Part shown: positions 34,054 to 42,724 of the stretch, in pieces
Layout: each line of letters starts with the position of its first letter
Position numbering within the stretch: position 1 is the first letter of the stretch
IMG/VR virus record: IMGVR_UViG_3300032096_000018
Coordinates: 1 to 54,391 of that record
Strand: one strand, 5' to 3'
From: a virus
Lineage: Duplodnaviria; Caudoviricetes
Length of the DNA: 54,391 nucleotides
The notes under the pieces: generated by a model
Databases searched by the model: none
Seen by the model: only the letters and a program-made list of their open reading frames with translations
What the model was told of the DNA's origin: nothing
Position numbers and translations under genes: made by a program

Positions 34054-34470
34054 TTAAACCTCCTCCTCGTGGACGGTTTCACCGTCCAGCTTGATCGTCA
34101 TTTCGCCCACAGGTGCCGGCTTCTCCTGCTGGCTCACCGGCTCGGGCGGCATCTTGAGCAGATCGCCCATGTTGTCGGCGATGGTTTCGGCGATGCGGTA
34201 GACGCGCTGCTTGGACTCGACCAGCCCCATCATCTGACACGCGATGGGCGCCTGGCTGGCGATGTATTCGTAGTTGGGGTGCCCGTCGGAATGGACGTAC
34301 TTCCAGGCGGAATCGATCGGAATGCAGAACGCACCGGCGCCCTTGTCGGGGTGCCCGTTCGTCGGGAACAGGATCATGTGGGGCTCGCCATTCATCCACT
34401 CGAGCGAGACGCCGATCTCGCCATTGCGGCGCGTGGCCCACGCCTTTTCGCCACCAATCAAGACACCCAT
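34054..34470 (-). CDS. Hypothetical protein between terminase and portal (138 aa)
   Basis: RBS GAGAGG; coherent ORF in operon. Confidence 0.7.
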   Translation of the reverse strand: MGVLIGGEKAWATRRNGEIGVSLEWMNGEPHMILFPTNGHPDKGAGAFCIPIDSAWKYVHSDGHPNYEYIASQAPIACQMMGLVESKQRVYRIAETIADNMGDLLKMPPEPVSQQEKPAPVGEMTIKLDGETVHEEEV

Positions 34471-34510
34471 CGTTTCCTCTCACCATTGCGGGTCATGGCG
34501 GGAAACTACC

Positions 34511-34529
34511 GAAGCGGCCAGCTTTGGCG
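34511..34529 (-). promoter_or_regulatory. Repeated late-module motif, copy 4 (AAAGCTGGCCGC, 5 nt, TAGTTT)
   Basis: Intergenic after terL; 16-bp identity (GCGGCCAGCTTTGGCG) with 30083-30098. Confidence 0.6.
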
Positions 34530-34533
34530 GGAT

Positions 34534-35904
34534 TCAGGTCACGCGCCAGCCGGTGCCGCGCCGGCTTGATCGACGCATCGAGGTCGCGGCTCCCGCCTCG
34601 TAACCCTGGCCCCACTGCCGGAAGGCGTCGGCCCCGTTCGAGTAGCGATCATGCAACGGCGATGCGGTGTAAACATCGAGCGTCGCGTTGTACTTCTTGC
34701 GGTAGTTGTCGAGCGCGGCGATGCCGTCGGCGCACTTCACCTTGTCGATGTAGACCGCGCCCTTCAATCGCATCCGCGTTTGCTGGATGCCGTCCAGCAC
34801 GTTCTCGACACGTGGCACCACCTCGAACGTGTGGCCTGGCAGTAGCTCCTCGAGAATGTCGAGCGCGCTCTTGCCGGTTTGCAGGCTCTTGTTTTCCGCA
34901 TCGTGCGGCAGGTAGTGCGTGCCGTAGGTGTAGCCCTGGGCGAGCAAGTGCTGGGCGTAATGGTCGAGGGCTTCGCCGCTGTTCTCGTAGTAGTTGATGA
35001 ACCGATGTTCGCCGGCGCCGTATTGGTGGAACCAGATTGCCGTCGTGTCGTTGTAGCCGAGATCCCAAAACGTGTTGACCGGCACGCTGGCCTCGTGGGG
35101 AACGCGGCGAATGCGGCCGTCCTCGCGGGCCGCCTGCATCTGCTCGGCGTAGTAGGCGCCTTGCACCTTGCCCGCCTTCCAGTAGCCGTACAGGAGTGCG
35201 TCGCGCTCGTCCTTCGGCATTTGCAGGAGCATTTCCCGGTAGCCGGTGCCGTCGAGGTGCGGGTTGTCGATCAGCCGGGCCGGAACGAACCGGCGATATA
35301 TCGTCGTGACAACGCCGCGCTCCTCGTCCTCGATCTCAACCGGAACCAGGGTCGCCCGGCCTTTCTCGCCGATCTCCCATCGCTCCATCACCCAAAGCTG
35401 TCCCGGGCCGTCCGGGTTGGTGGTCGCCCGGACATAGCGCGGCAGGCTGGGGTCAGTCGATCGGCAGCGGGAAAGCAGGTAGGTGTAGCAAACGTCAGTC
35501 GGCCACAGCGTTAGCTCATCAAAGCCAATGTAGTTCCACGCTCGGCCGCGATACTTGAGGCGATCCGAGTCGTGTTGCAGGTAGCCAAACTCGACCTTGG
35601 CGCCGCTTGAAAACGTCCAGACCTTTTCGGTTTGGTTGTACTCGGCATCGGGATCGAGCGCCGGGTAGATCGCGAGCGTTTCGTCTATCAGGTCGCGCAA
35701 CTCGGGGAACGACCGGCGAAACAGGATTGCCCGGTGGTTCGGGTTGTTGATGCCGTCGTGTTGCAGGCAAAGCGCGTCGATCACCAGCGAGGCGGACTTG
35801 CCGCCGCCGGCCGCCCCGCCGTAAAGAACCTCTAGCTCATCGCACGCCAGGAACTTCGATTGCGCCGGGGTTGGCTCCCATACGACTTCGGCCGCTTCAC
35901 TCAT
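34534..35904 (-). CDS. terL: Terminase large subunit
   Basis: Walker A GGAAGGGKS, Walker B IGFDE, ATTNP, nuclease WDLG..D and ADAFR. Confidence 0.95.
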   Translation of the reverse strand: MSEAAEVVWEPTPAQSKFLACDELEVLYGGAAGGGKSASLVIDALCLQHDGINNPNHRAILFRRSFPELRDLIDETLAIYPALDPDAEYNQTEKVWTFSSGAKVEFGYLQHDSDRLKYRGRAWNYIGFDELTLWPTDVCYTYLLSRCRSTDPSLPRYVRATTNPDGPGQLWVMERWEIGEKGRATLVPVEIEDEERGVVTTIYRRFVPARLIDNPHLDGTGYREMLLQMPKDERDALLYGYWKAGKVQGAYYAEQMQAAREDGRIRRVPHEASVPVNTFWDLGYNDTTAIWFHQYGAGEHRFINYYENSGEALDHYAQHLLAQGYTYGTHYLPHDAENKSLQTGKSALDILEELLPGHTFEVVPRVENVLDGIQQTRMRLKGAVYIDKVKCADGIAALDNYRKKYNATLDVYTASPLHDRYSNGADAFRQWGQGYEAGAATSMRRSSRRGTGWRVT

Positions 35905-36358
35905 CGTCTCGGGTCAGTTTCTTTTGGCTAGACTGCGCCGGCTGCTTCGGCGGCACCTGAACAATTCGCAGCGCCCCACCGTCCTTGCCGGTAACTTCTC
36001 GGCGCTCGATGAAGTCGCCCTGGGCCTTCGCCAGCAACTCGGCCGCCTTGAGCCGGTCGCTCATCCGGTGCGGCTGCTTCTTGCCAGTCTCGGGATCTTC
36101 GATCGTCTCCTCGCCCAGCATCACGCGCGTCCAGAACTCTTGCCGCTGCTCTCGCGTGGCAATGGACTTCTTGGTGGTCGATTCGCGCAGCGCCTCGATT
36201 GCTTGCTGGACTGTAACGATTCGTAATGTCTGTGCGCCTTGAGGGTGCGGTTTCTTGTACCCGGCCGTCTCGGCCGCCTTGGTGGCATTCCCGCCATTCG
36301 CTGCATACGCCTCGACAAACCGGCGCTGCTTCTCCGTCAGTCCGTCATGCCAAGACAT
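35897..36358 (-). CDS. terS: Terminase small subunit
   Basis: LTEKQRRFVEAY..NATKAAETAGYK..DRLKAAELLAK. Confidence 0.9.
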   Translation of the reverse strand: MSWHDGLTEKQRRFVEAYAANGGNATKAAETAGYKKPHPQGAQTLRIVTVQQAIEALRESTTKKSIATREQRQEFWTRVMLGEETIEDPETGKKQPHRMSDRLKAAELLAKAQGDFIERREVTGKDGGALRIVQVPPKQPAQSSQKKLTRDDE

Positions 36359-36689
36359 GGCGCTCCTCCTTCCACACTCGGCCTGTTCGCCCCGATCCCC
36401 ACGACACCGCCCGGCTGGCAGTGACAGCCACGCGTGGGCAGCCCTCTTTCACATCAAGGCTCTCGATGGCGGACAGGCCCATGACGACTTTCCCAAGATC
36501 GGACTCGACAAAGCCACTCATGCCGTGATGCTCGGCCGCGGCAATGAGCGCCTTTAAGTCGCTGGGGTGAATCATCACCACGTCGGCGTCGAGAGCCGCG
36601 TTGCGCTGGATTGCGTGCGCCTGGCGAGCGATCTCCCGCATGATCGGCGCCACACGATCCCGGCTTTCCATCCGGCCGCCTTCGGTCAT
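36345..36689 (-). CDS. Hypothetical protein (114 aa)
   Basis: ATGA-coupled to the upstream gene. Confidence 0.5.
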   Translation of the reverse strand: MTEGGRMESRDRVAPIMREIARQAHAIQRNAALDADVVMIHPSDLKALIAAAEHHGMSGFVESDLGKVVMGLSAIESLDVKEGCPRVAVTASRAVSWGSGRTGRVWKEERHVLA

Positions 36690-36994
36690 ACCGCACCACC
36701 CCTAAGCCACGCCTCAACTCGAGCCGAACTCGGTGGCGGTGCCCCTCGGGTAGCCCGGGTGCGACCTGTCCACTCGTATTCCACAATCCGGTACTTCTTC
36801 CCACTGCGATCGCGCCGGTGACAGAACCCCGACGGCTTGGCGATCCGGGCGGCCAGGCACCACGCGAACGCCCCTCGAACCCGGTACGATTCAGCGCCCA
36901 GCTTCTCGGCCAGATCGCGGATAGTGAACCGGTGATGCAATCCCATGCCGCTGATCTCCTCGATCAATGCGGCTCGACTGACGTGCTCACCCAT
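36686..36994 (-). CDS. Winged-helix-like protein at the early/late boundary, candidate late regulator (102 aa)
   Basis: FTIRDLAEKLGAESYRVRGAF HTH-like plus beta-wing YRIVEYEW; RBS GGAGG. Confidence 0.55.
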   Translation of the reverse strand: MGEHVSRAALIEEISGMGLHHRFTIRDLAEKLGAESYRVRGAFAWCLAARIAKPSGFCHRRDRSGKKYRIVEYEWTGRTRATRGAPPPSSARVEAWLRGGAV

Positions 36995-37283
36995 CGTCTC
37001 GGCCTCCCAACTCCCCATGAGCGAAAGCGACCTCGAGCGTGCGGGCGAGCCAGGGCACTTGCGCCTCGAACTCAATCCGACCGGCGTGAAGGTCGCGGTG
37101 ACAATCGGAGCAGAGCGGAACGGCGAACTCGTCACCCACTTTGCTCCCCATGTGTCCACCGAACAGGCCGATGAGGTGGTGGGCCTCCGACGGGCCGACC
37201 TCACCGCAGTGGGCGCAAGGGCGCGACCGCACCCAATCCAGATACCGGGGCGAGCGCCACGGGCGAATCTTGCTCACGTTCAT
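36987..37283 (-). CDS. DUF968-like zinc-binding HNH-type protein
   Basis: YLDWVRSRPCAHCG..EAHH..AVPLCSDCH. Confidence 0.8.
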   Translation of the reverse strand: MNVSKIRPWRSPRYLDWVRSRPCAHCGEVGPSEAHHLIGLFGGHMGSKVGDEFAVPLCSDCHRDLHAGRIEFEAQVPWLARTLEVAFAHGELGGRDDG

Positions 37284-37747
37284 GCCCTTCGCCTCCCCAT
37301 CGCTTCGAGGTAGTCGTCATCCGACTTGTCCAGGCGGATGCCGGCCTCATCGGCGAATTGCTCCACGTCGGCCAGGTACTCGGCGAACTGCTTGACTGAC
37401 AGATCGGTGGTCGTGAGCAGGTCGATCATCGCGTCCGTCCCCTCGGGGTCGCCGCCGATAGCCCGCTCTACACGCGCAACTTGTTCGTCGTCCCGGGTGA
37501 GGATCGGCAGCAGGTACAGCCCCTTGAAAATCCGATGCTGCTCGTCTTTCCGGTAGCCAAGCGCCTCGCCTATGGTGGTCGTGAAACGCCAGTAAATACG
37601 ATTTTGGGCCAAGCTACGGTTGCGCTTGTGCGGCTTTATCTCCACCTGCAACGTGCATTCCTGGGCAAGATTAAGGGCGCCCAAGTAGCGCAAGGCGTTC
37701 TCCCTGATTTGCTCGTCCCGCAGTATGAAGCGCATTTGTGGCTGCAT
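37280..37747 (-). CDS. ninB: NinB/Orf-family recombination protein
   Basis: KRNRSLAQNRIYW..TTDLSVKQFAEYLADVEQFA. Confidence 0.85.
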   Translation of the reverse strand: MQPQMRFILRDEQIRENALRYLGALNLAQECTLQVEIKPHKRNRSLAQNRIYWRFTTTIGEALGYRKDEQHRIFKGLYLLPILTRDDEQVARVERAIGGDPEGTDAMIDLLTTTDLSVKQFAEYLADVEQFADEAGIRLDKSDDDYLEAMGRRRA

Positions 37748-37750
37748 ACC

Positions 37751-38065
37751 TCAATTCTCCTTATCGGCCAGCTTTCGGCAACGGCGCCGGTACTGCTCAT
37801 AGGTCAGTCCGCGACGCTTGGCGATCGTCCGGCTGGTGTATCGGGCTCGCTCTCGGTCATTGGTCCGTCGCCAGGCCAGCGCCTCATACAGACCGGCCGG
37901 CACCTCGAAGCGGCTCGGTATGTACCCGGTGCGGATCAATCGAACCATGTCCCGGGTCATGCCGAACCGGTACGCCAGCGCGCCATCGGTCAACGTCTTG
38001 GCCCTCGACAGGATCTCGGCTCGCTTCTCGTGCTCCTTGAGCAACCAGCGGTCGATCGAATCCAT
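37751..38065 (-). CDS. Hypothetical HTH-like protein (104 aa)
   Basis: LTDGALAYRFGMTRDMVRLI; start reassigned to MDSIDRW. Confidence 0.55.
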   Translation of the reverse strand: MDSIDRWLLKEHEKRAEILSRAKTLTDGALAYRFGMTRDMVRLIRTGYIPSRFEVPAGLYEALAWRRTNDRERARYTSRTIAKRRGLTYEQYRRRCRKLADKEN

Positions 38066-38070
38066 TGCCC

Positions 38071-38697
38071 TCAAGCCAGGCACCCCGAGAAATCCGGCTC
38101 GCGCCAATAGACACTCTTGAGCACCTTGCCCTTGGGGTAGTGCTTGCCGTCGGCCCCCACCTGATCGCCGGCACTGACGGCCGCGCGGGTCGGGTATTCG
38201 CCTCGGTACTCGATCATCACCCCGATCTCGTCATAGGCACGGGCCGTCTCGATCTCGTCGCGCTCGTGCTTGAGCAGCTTCGACATATTCGAGTCGGCGA
38301 TCTCATCCGTCACCTTGCGCGGGTCATAGCCCAGCCCGACGAGCGCCTGAATGGCGGCCCCGGCCAGGTCGTCAAGGTGGCAGCGGCCATAGCGCCGGTA
38401 CAGGTCATGGACAAAGCCCATATCCTCGAACGCGCGCCACTCGATCGGCGCCAGGGGAAGGGAGCAACCCCACCCCATCACCACGCAGTCGCCCGCCAGC
38501 AGATACAGCGTGTCGCCGGCGCCGTCCACCTGTTCGATCACGTCGCCGTCGTCGGCCCCGGTAAGATACTCGGCCACCTCCTCCTCGAGCAGGTCGGCCC
38601 GCAGCTTGCGCGCCTCGACGCTCGGCGGCGTGCCGTCGTAGATCGGCGCACCGGTGGCCTGGTGGAACTCGCGCACTCGTTCGATCAAGTGCCTCAT
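38071..38697 (-). CDS. MazG-like/PRA-PH nucleotide pyrophosphohydrolase
   Basis: VREFH..LLEEEVAEY..DGAGDTLY..EIADSNMSKL..GKVLKS. Confidence 0.8.
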   Translation of the reverse strand: MRHLIERVREFHQATGAPIYDGTPPSVEARKLRADLLEEEVAEYLTGADDGDVIEQVDGAGDTLYLLAGDCVVMGWGCSLPLAPIEWRAFEDMGFVHDLYRRYGRCHLDDLAGAAIQALVGLGYDPRKVTDEIADSNMSKLLKHERDEIETARAYDEIGVMIEYRGEYPTRAAVSAGDQVGADGKHYPKGKVLKSVYWREPDFSGCLA

Positions 38698-39167
38698 GCC
38701 TCACCCCCGAAGATGAGCCAGTCATCAGCCAGCACGTCAGACTGGCTTGCCACCCACGGCACCACCTCGTGGTTGACGGTTTTCATGGCGATGTAGTCTC
38801 GGCACGGATGCGGCTTCAACCCGTTGCGCGGGACGTGGTACAGAAACATTCCCTCGCCATTCCACCCAGCGCGCGCCACCTTCTCGCCACGCTTGAGCAT
38901 TTCAACGGCATGGCCGAACGACATGGCGGTTTCCGGCTGGTAGGCACGCTCGAACACCTCGGCCGGCGACCAACTCACATAGCCCTCGAACTCGGGCGTG
39001 TTGGCTTGCCCTCCATCGACATACTCCACCAGAAACCCGGCGTCGGCGCCGTTCTCGTCAGCCGGCAGCTTCCAGCCGCGAAAGTCGTTGTATGCCTGCC
39101 GCGTCATCGGCGTGGCGCGGATCACCTTCGTGCCGATGTACGTCATCATTTCGCTCTTATCGATCAC
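38694..39167 (-). CDS. Two-domain protein with C-terminal DUF2829/Tad2-like (Thoeris anti-defence sponge) domain (157 aa)
   Basis: MSFGHAVEMLKRGEKVARAGWNGEGMFL..IAMKT..PWVASQSDVLADDW; N-domain YIGTK..GYVSWSPAEVFERAY; GTG start overlaps the upstream TGA. Confidence 0.85.
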   Translation of the reverse strand: MIDKSEMMTYIGTKVIRATPMTRQAYNDFRGWKLPADENGADAGFLVEYVDGGQANTPEFEGYVSWSPAEVFERAYQPETAMSFGHAVEMLKRGEKVARAGWNGEGMFLYHVPRNGLKPHPCRDYIAMKTVNHEVVPWVASQSDVLADDWLIFGGEA

Positions 39168-39418
39168 TTCTCGCTCTCCTTCTCGTCGTAATGCCGGCAC
39201 CCGGAACAGTCCCAGCCAAAATGTTTGCCTGCGCCCATGTCCTCGTGCTGGACGCAGTGCGTCGTCATGCGATGCGGCAGCCACACGATCCGGCGCGTGC
39301 CGTCGCGGTGCCATCCGTCTTGAACCTCGCGACCCTCGGCGTAGTCCGGCCGGTTGAAGCACGCCGGCTTCTCGCCTGGCCGGAGTCGGCCGGTGCCGCC
39401 GATCGTTACGTCACCCAT
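39164..39418 (-). CDS. Hypothetical Cys-containing protein (84 aa)
   Basis: Coupled ORF with PACFNR..CSGC. Confidence 0.6.
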   Translation of the reverse strand: MGDVTIGGTGRLRPGEKPACFNRPDYAEGREVQDGWHRDGTRRIVWLPHRMTTHCVQHEDMGAGKHFGWDCSGCRHYDEKESEK

Positions 39419-39575
39419 TGCGTCGCTCCTCGAATATCTGGATCACCAGGTCGCGGACGTGCGGCCGGTCATGCAGGGGAATGTCGCGCAGCCGATCCCG
39501 CCTGGCCTCTTTGCCCTGGACGCGCGCGATCCGCTCGGCCTCGCGCATCCTTCGGTTGTCGATCGCGTTGGGCAT
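39411..39575 (-). CDS. Hypothetical protein (54 aa)
   Basis: Short Arg-rich ORF filling an operon gap. Confidence 0.45.
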   Translation of the reverse strand: MPNAIDNRRMREAERIARVQGKEARRDRLRDIPLHDRPHVRDLVIQIFEERRNG

Positions 39576-39591
39576 GCCCGGCGTCCACCCA

Positions 39592-39846
39592 TCACTCACT
39601 GCCGACCTCGCGCAATACCAGCCGGTCGGCCGCGTCGTCCTGGCAACGCCTGCACGCCGGATGCCCACAGCCGCACGCGGTTTGCGCGATCCGCTCGCGC
39701 AGCACGCCGGACACGGACGCCAGGCGCCGCTCCATCTGCTCGCACTCGATCTGCTTGTTCACCCACTGCTCCCGGTACTCGTCAACGCGATCCATCAGCG
39801 ACCGGGTGCGCTGCTGACACTGCACCAGCTTGGCCGCGGCGCTCAC
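39592..39846 (-). CDS. Hypothetical protein with CGCGHPACRRC zinc-finger-like motif
   Basis: GTGA-coupled ORF. Confidence 0.55.
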   Translation of the reverse strand: MSAAAKLVQCQQRTRSLMDRVDEYREQWVNKQIECEQMERRLASVSGVLRERIAQTACGCGHPACRRCQDDAADRLVLREVGSE

Positions 39847-40091
39847 GCCGTCACCTCCGCATCAGCTTCGATCAAGTACGGGCATGACCACGTTTGCACC
39901 GGCGCCTCGCCATTGCGGATAAACGCCGACTCGGGCGGCATCATCACGAAAACCCGGTGGGGCTCGTCGCGCTGGTTCGTCTCGTCGAACGCCAGCCACC
40001 GCTCGCAACGCTTTCGCATCGGGCACGGCATCGCGTCAGGCTCGGGCCGTCGTCCACTGCATCGGGCCGTATCGCCGCTAAATCCAATCAT
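39843..40091 (-). CDS. Hypothetical Cys-containing protein (82 aa)
   Basis: DTARC..CPMRKRCERW; ATGA-coupled. Confidence 0.55.
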   Translation of the reverse strand: MIGFSGDTARCSGRRPEPDAMPCPMRKRCERWLAFDETNQRDEPHRVFVMMPPESAFIRNGEAPVQTWSCPYLIEADAEVTA

Positions 40092-40402
40092 GCCGGCGCC
40101 TCCTGCCGCTCTTTCACCGCCACCGCCAGGCGCCCCAGGTCGGTCAATTCCAGGTACTCGGCCGGGTAGCCGGTGATCGGGCATCGGCCCTTGTGCGCCA
40201 CCTCGAGGAGCCCGGCGCCAACCAGGTCGTTGACTCGGCCGCAGACGGCAGACAAGCGCATGCCGGAATGAACCTCGATCTGCGAGCGCGTGATCGGGAA
40301 CTGCTTGGCGACAGTGGCGAGCACGATCACCTTTTGGCGCGAAAGCGCGCCGCACTCGCGTAGCGCATCGAACGATTCGCGGCTGGTTGCTGCAACGGTC
40401 AC
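40088..40402 (-). CDS. Winged-helix DNA-binding protein (104 aa)
   Basis: TRSQIEVHSGMRLSAVCGRVNDLVGAG..RCPITG. Confidence 0.7.
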   Translation of the reverse strand: MTVAATSRESFDALRECGALSRQKVIVLATVAKQFPITRSQIEVHSGMRLSAVCGRVNDLVGAGLLEVAHKGRCPITGYPAEYLELTDLGRLAVAVKERQEAPA

Positions 40403-41223
40403 TGCTCGCCCTCCTCGTCGCCATCACTCGACGCGGCGCCCTGCTCACGCAACTGCTCGATCACGGACTGCTTGCTGCTGGCGAACACGCGAACCTCCTC
40501 GCGCTTCTCCTCGATCCGTTCGTCCAGGGTCGGCTTGCGCACTGGCTCGATGCTCGCCTTGATCTCGGCCAGCTTGCGCTTGGCGTAATCGGTGGGCTCG
40601 TAGCTCTCGGCCTTCGGGCCGTCGTAGCCAAGCAGGCCGGCCAGGGCCACGCCATCGCCGGTAACTTCCCGATCGCAACCAAGCAGCCGCGGCGCCGCCT
40701 CCTCGTGCGTAAGCATCCCGCGGTCGATCGCCTGCTCGATCGCCGGGCGTCGGCCGGCAGGGTCATGCCCTTCGGAAATCTCCACCTTCGGCGGGCACCC
40801 CGCCTCGATCGCCGCAGTGACGTGCTTCTCGTAGCTGTCGAGGAAGGCCCGACGGGCAGCCACCCGGTCGCCCTCCTCGAGCAACGGGGCGGCGGCTTGG
40901 AAAAACGCCAGCTTCGATTCCGCCGTCCAGACGACGGTTTCCCGCTCGTCGTCGGCGTGCTGCACCATCGCCCAGGCTTCATCGCCGGTCGGCCAGCACG
41001 CGCGCTTGGCGCCCTCGATCGATCCGCGAATGTCGCTGGGCTTGGGCGGGTACTCGCCGGTGCGCAGGTAGTCGTTGGCCGCCTGCTGGATCACCTCGAT
41101 CGGGTACTCCTCGAGCACGGCCCACCATGCGGTCAGCACTCGACGGCTCGGCTCCGGCTGGTTGAACACCTCGAACAGCGTGCCGACCACTTCGGCAAAT
41201 GCGCGTTTGTCTTGCTGGTTCAT
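40399..41223 (-). CDS. Putative helicase loader / replication protein P analogue
   Basis: WWAVLEEYPIEVIQQAANDYLRTGEYPPKPSDI..WPTGDEAW; follows the initiator gene. Confidence 0.65.
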   Translation of the reverse strand: MNQQDKRAFAEVVGTLFEVFNQPEPSRRVLTAWWAVLEEYPIEVIQQAANDYLRTGEYPPKPSDIRGSIEGAKRACWPTGDEAWAMVQHADDERETVVWTAESKLAFFQAAAPLLEEGDRVAARRAFLDSYEKHVTAAIEAGCPPKVEISEGHDPAGRRPAIEQAIDRGMLTHEEAAPRLLGCDREVTGDGVALAGLLGYDGPKAESYEPTDYAKRKLAEIKASIEPVRKPTLDERIEEKREEVRVFASSKQSVIEQLREQGAASSDGDEEGEQ

Positions 41224-42173
41224 GCCCCACCCCCGATCAGTCGCATTTGGGGCTTGCCGGAATCGGCGCGTTCGCCCTCAATCACGTTGCTTTGCCCGGC
41301 CTGGCTGTCGCCAAGCCATTCGGAAATGCCGCCGCCTTGGCGCTGACGGCCATTGGTCTTGCGCTTTGGTGCTGGTGGGTTGTCTGCGAACCCAATGAAC
41401 CGCTCGGCCTTCTCGGCATTGCGGAAGATCAGCGTGAGGTCATCGTGGCGCTGGCCGGAGTCGTTGTCGCCCATGTGGAACGGGCTTGCCTTGCAGCCAT
41501 CGATGGCCTTCTTTGCGCCGTCGATGCCGTACTGCTTGAGCGCCCACTGGATTCGGCGCTTGCGCTTGTCGTCGAGCACGGTGCGGGCGTTCTTACCCAT
41601 CGCATCACGCCAGTAGGCAAACACCTCGCTCACTTGGCCGTCATCACGAGGAGGCGAGGTGGTCGCTTGTCGAGCGCCGACCTCTTTTTGGGTAGGGTCT
41701 GGTTCGGGTCTGGTTCGGGTAGGTTCTTGTTTGCCGAACCCTTCGCAAAGGGTTTCCAAACGGTTTCTAAATGGCTCTTTCCAGTGGCAGCCGTAGGCCA
41801 AAAGATCGGCCACAAGCCCCTCCATGAAGCCAAAAGAGCCGGGAGTCTGCTCGAACTCCTTTACCCTGGCAGTGGCGACATTCCCGTTTGAGACAGGATT
41901 CCACCTCAAGAACCCCGGAATCCAGACGAAACCTGTCCTTTCGCACCGGTAGGCGAATCCGTTTTCAGACAGTTCCGAAAGGGTTTTGGAAACGGTTTCA
42001 TTGGCCCACCCAAGATCGGCAGTGACGTAACCGACTGGCAATCGGTAGCACCCGATGCCATTCGAGTGCGGGCCGGTCAACAAGTAGCACGCGAGCAGCT
42101 TTCCCTCGGCGCTCAAGTCCTGCGTTTGCGGGTTAGTCCAAAAGGCGCACTGGATTTGTCCGTACTCGCGCAT
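41220..42173 (-). CDS. Replication initiator, O-like/replisome organiser (317 aa)
   Basis: MREYGQIQCAFW..KLLACYLLTGPHSNGIGCYRLP..ADLGW; C-domain AIDGCKASPFHMG; internal short repeats. Confidence 0.75.
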   Translation of the reverse strand: MREYGQIQCAFWTNPQTQDLSAEGKLLACYLLTGPHSNGIGCYRLPVGYVTADLGWANETVSKTLSELSENGFAYRCERTGFVWIPGFLRWNPVSNGNVATARVKEFEQTPGSFGFMEGLVADLLAYGCHWKEPFRNRLETLCEGFGKQEPTRTRPEPDPTQKEVGARQATTSPPRDDGQVSEVFAYWRDAMGKNARTVLDDKRKRRIQWALKQYGIDGAKKAIDGCKASPFHMGDNDSGQRHDDLTLIFRNAEKAERFIGFADNPPAPKRKTNGRQRQGGGISEWLGDSQAGQSNVIEGERADSGKPQMRLIGGGA

Positions 42174-42649
42174 TACTTGCCCTCCTCGCCGGCTTTGTTC
42201 ATTTCGGCCTTGACTACCTCGGGGGCGAAAAGCTGGGCCTGCCTTCCCGTCTCGTAATACCCTCGAGCGAATGGGCAGTCCTCCCAATCCGTAGAGTCGA
42301 GCGCGTCCTGATATGGAATGCCAACAAATCCAGCCAAGAGCAGAGCGGCATCGGATCTGCAAAACGGAGCAGAGAAACCGACGTGGGATGAAATCACGTC
42401 CAAGTCGTCTCCATGTCGCGTTATCAACTCGTGACATGATTGGCAAAGGCATGAAAGCTGAGTGTTCTCGTACTCCCACGGCTCACGTCCTTTGATGTAA
42501 ATCTTGTGGTGGACGTGAAGCGTTTCCTCGTCGTCCTCGCACTGCTCACACTTCCATCCGGCAGCCTCAAGAACCTCAAGGCGTTTTTTCTGCCACCGCG
42601 GGTCTCTAAGTTTCTCGATGTAGCTGCGCTTTGATCCCTTCTGTGTCAT
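42173..42649 (-). CDS. HNH endonuclease-like protein
   Basis: DPRWQKKRLEVL..CEQC..LHVHH..LCQSCH. Confidence 0.85.
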   Translation of the reverse strand: MTQKGSKRSYIEKLRDPRWQKKRLEVLEAAGWKCEQCEDDEETLHVHHKIYIKGREPWEYENTQLSCLCQSCHELITRHGDDLDVISSHVGFSAPFCRSDAALLLAGFVGIPYQDALDSTDWEDCPFARGYYETGRQAQLFAPEVVKAEMNKAGEEGK

Positions 42650-42673
42650 ACTTACCTCGCTGATGTTTTCAGT

Positions 42674-42714
42674 AGCCCCGGCCGTTTCGTCACTGTTCGC
42701 GCCGGGGCTTTTTT
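42674..42714 (+). terminator. Terminator-like hairpin oriented against the surrounding minus-strand operon
   Basis: AGCCCCGGC-N18-GCCGGGGCT-TTTTT on the plus strand. Confidence 0.5.
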
Positions 42715-42724
42715 GTGCCCGCCG

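Noticed and set aside
12287-34529. Repeated CTGGCCGC motif as a sigma54 promoter
   Set aside because: The GG is not followed by GC at the -12 position in any of the four copies
32155-34569. Long plus-strand ORFs opposite structural genes (804 aa here; also 17858-19570, 2362-3657, 20524-21726)
   Set aside because: Antisense shadows of high-GC coding genes, with no motifs
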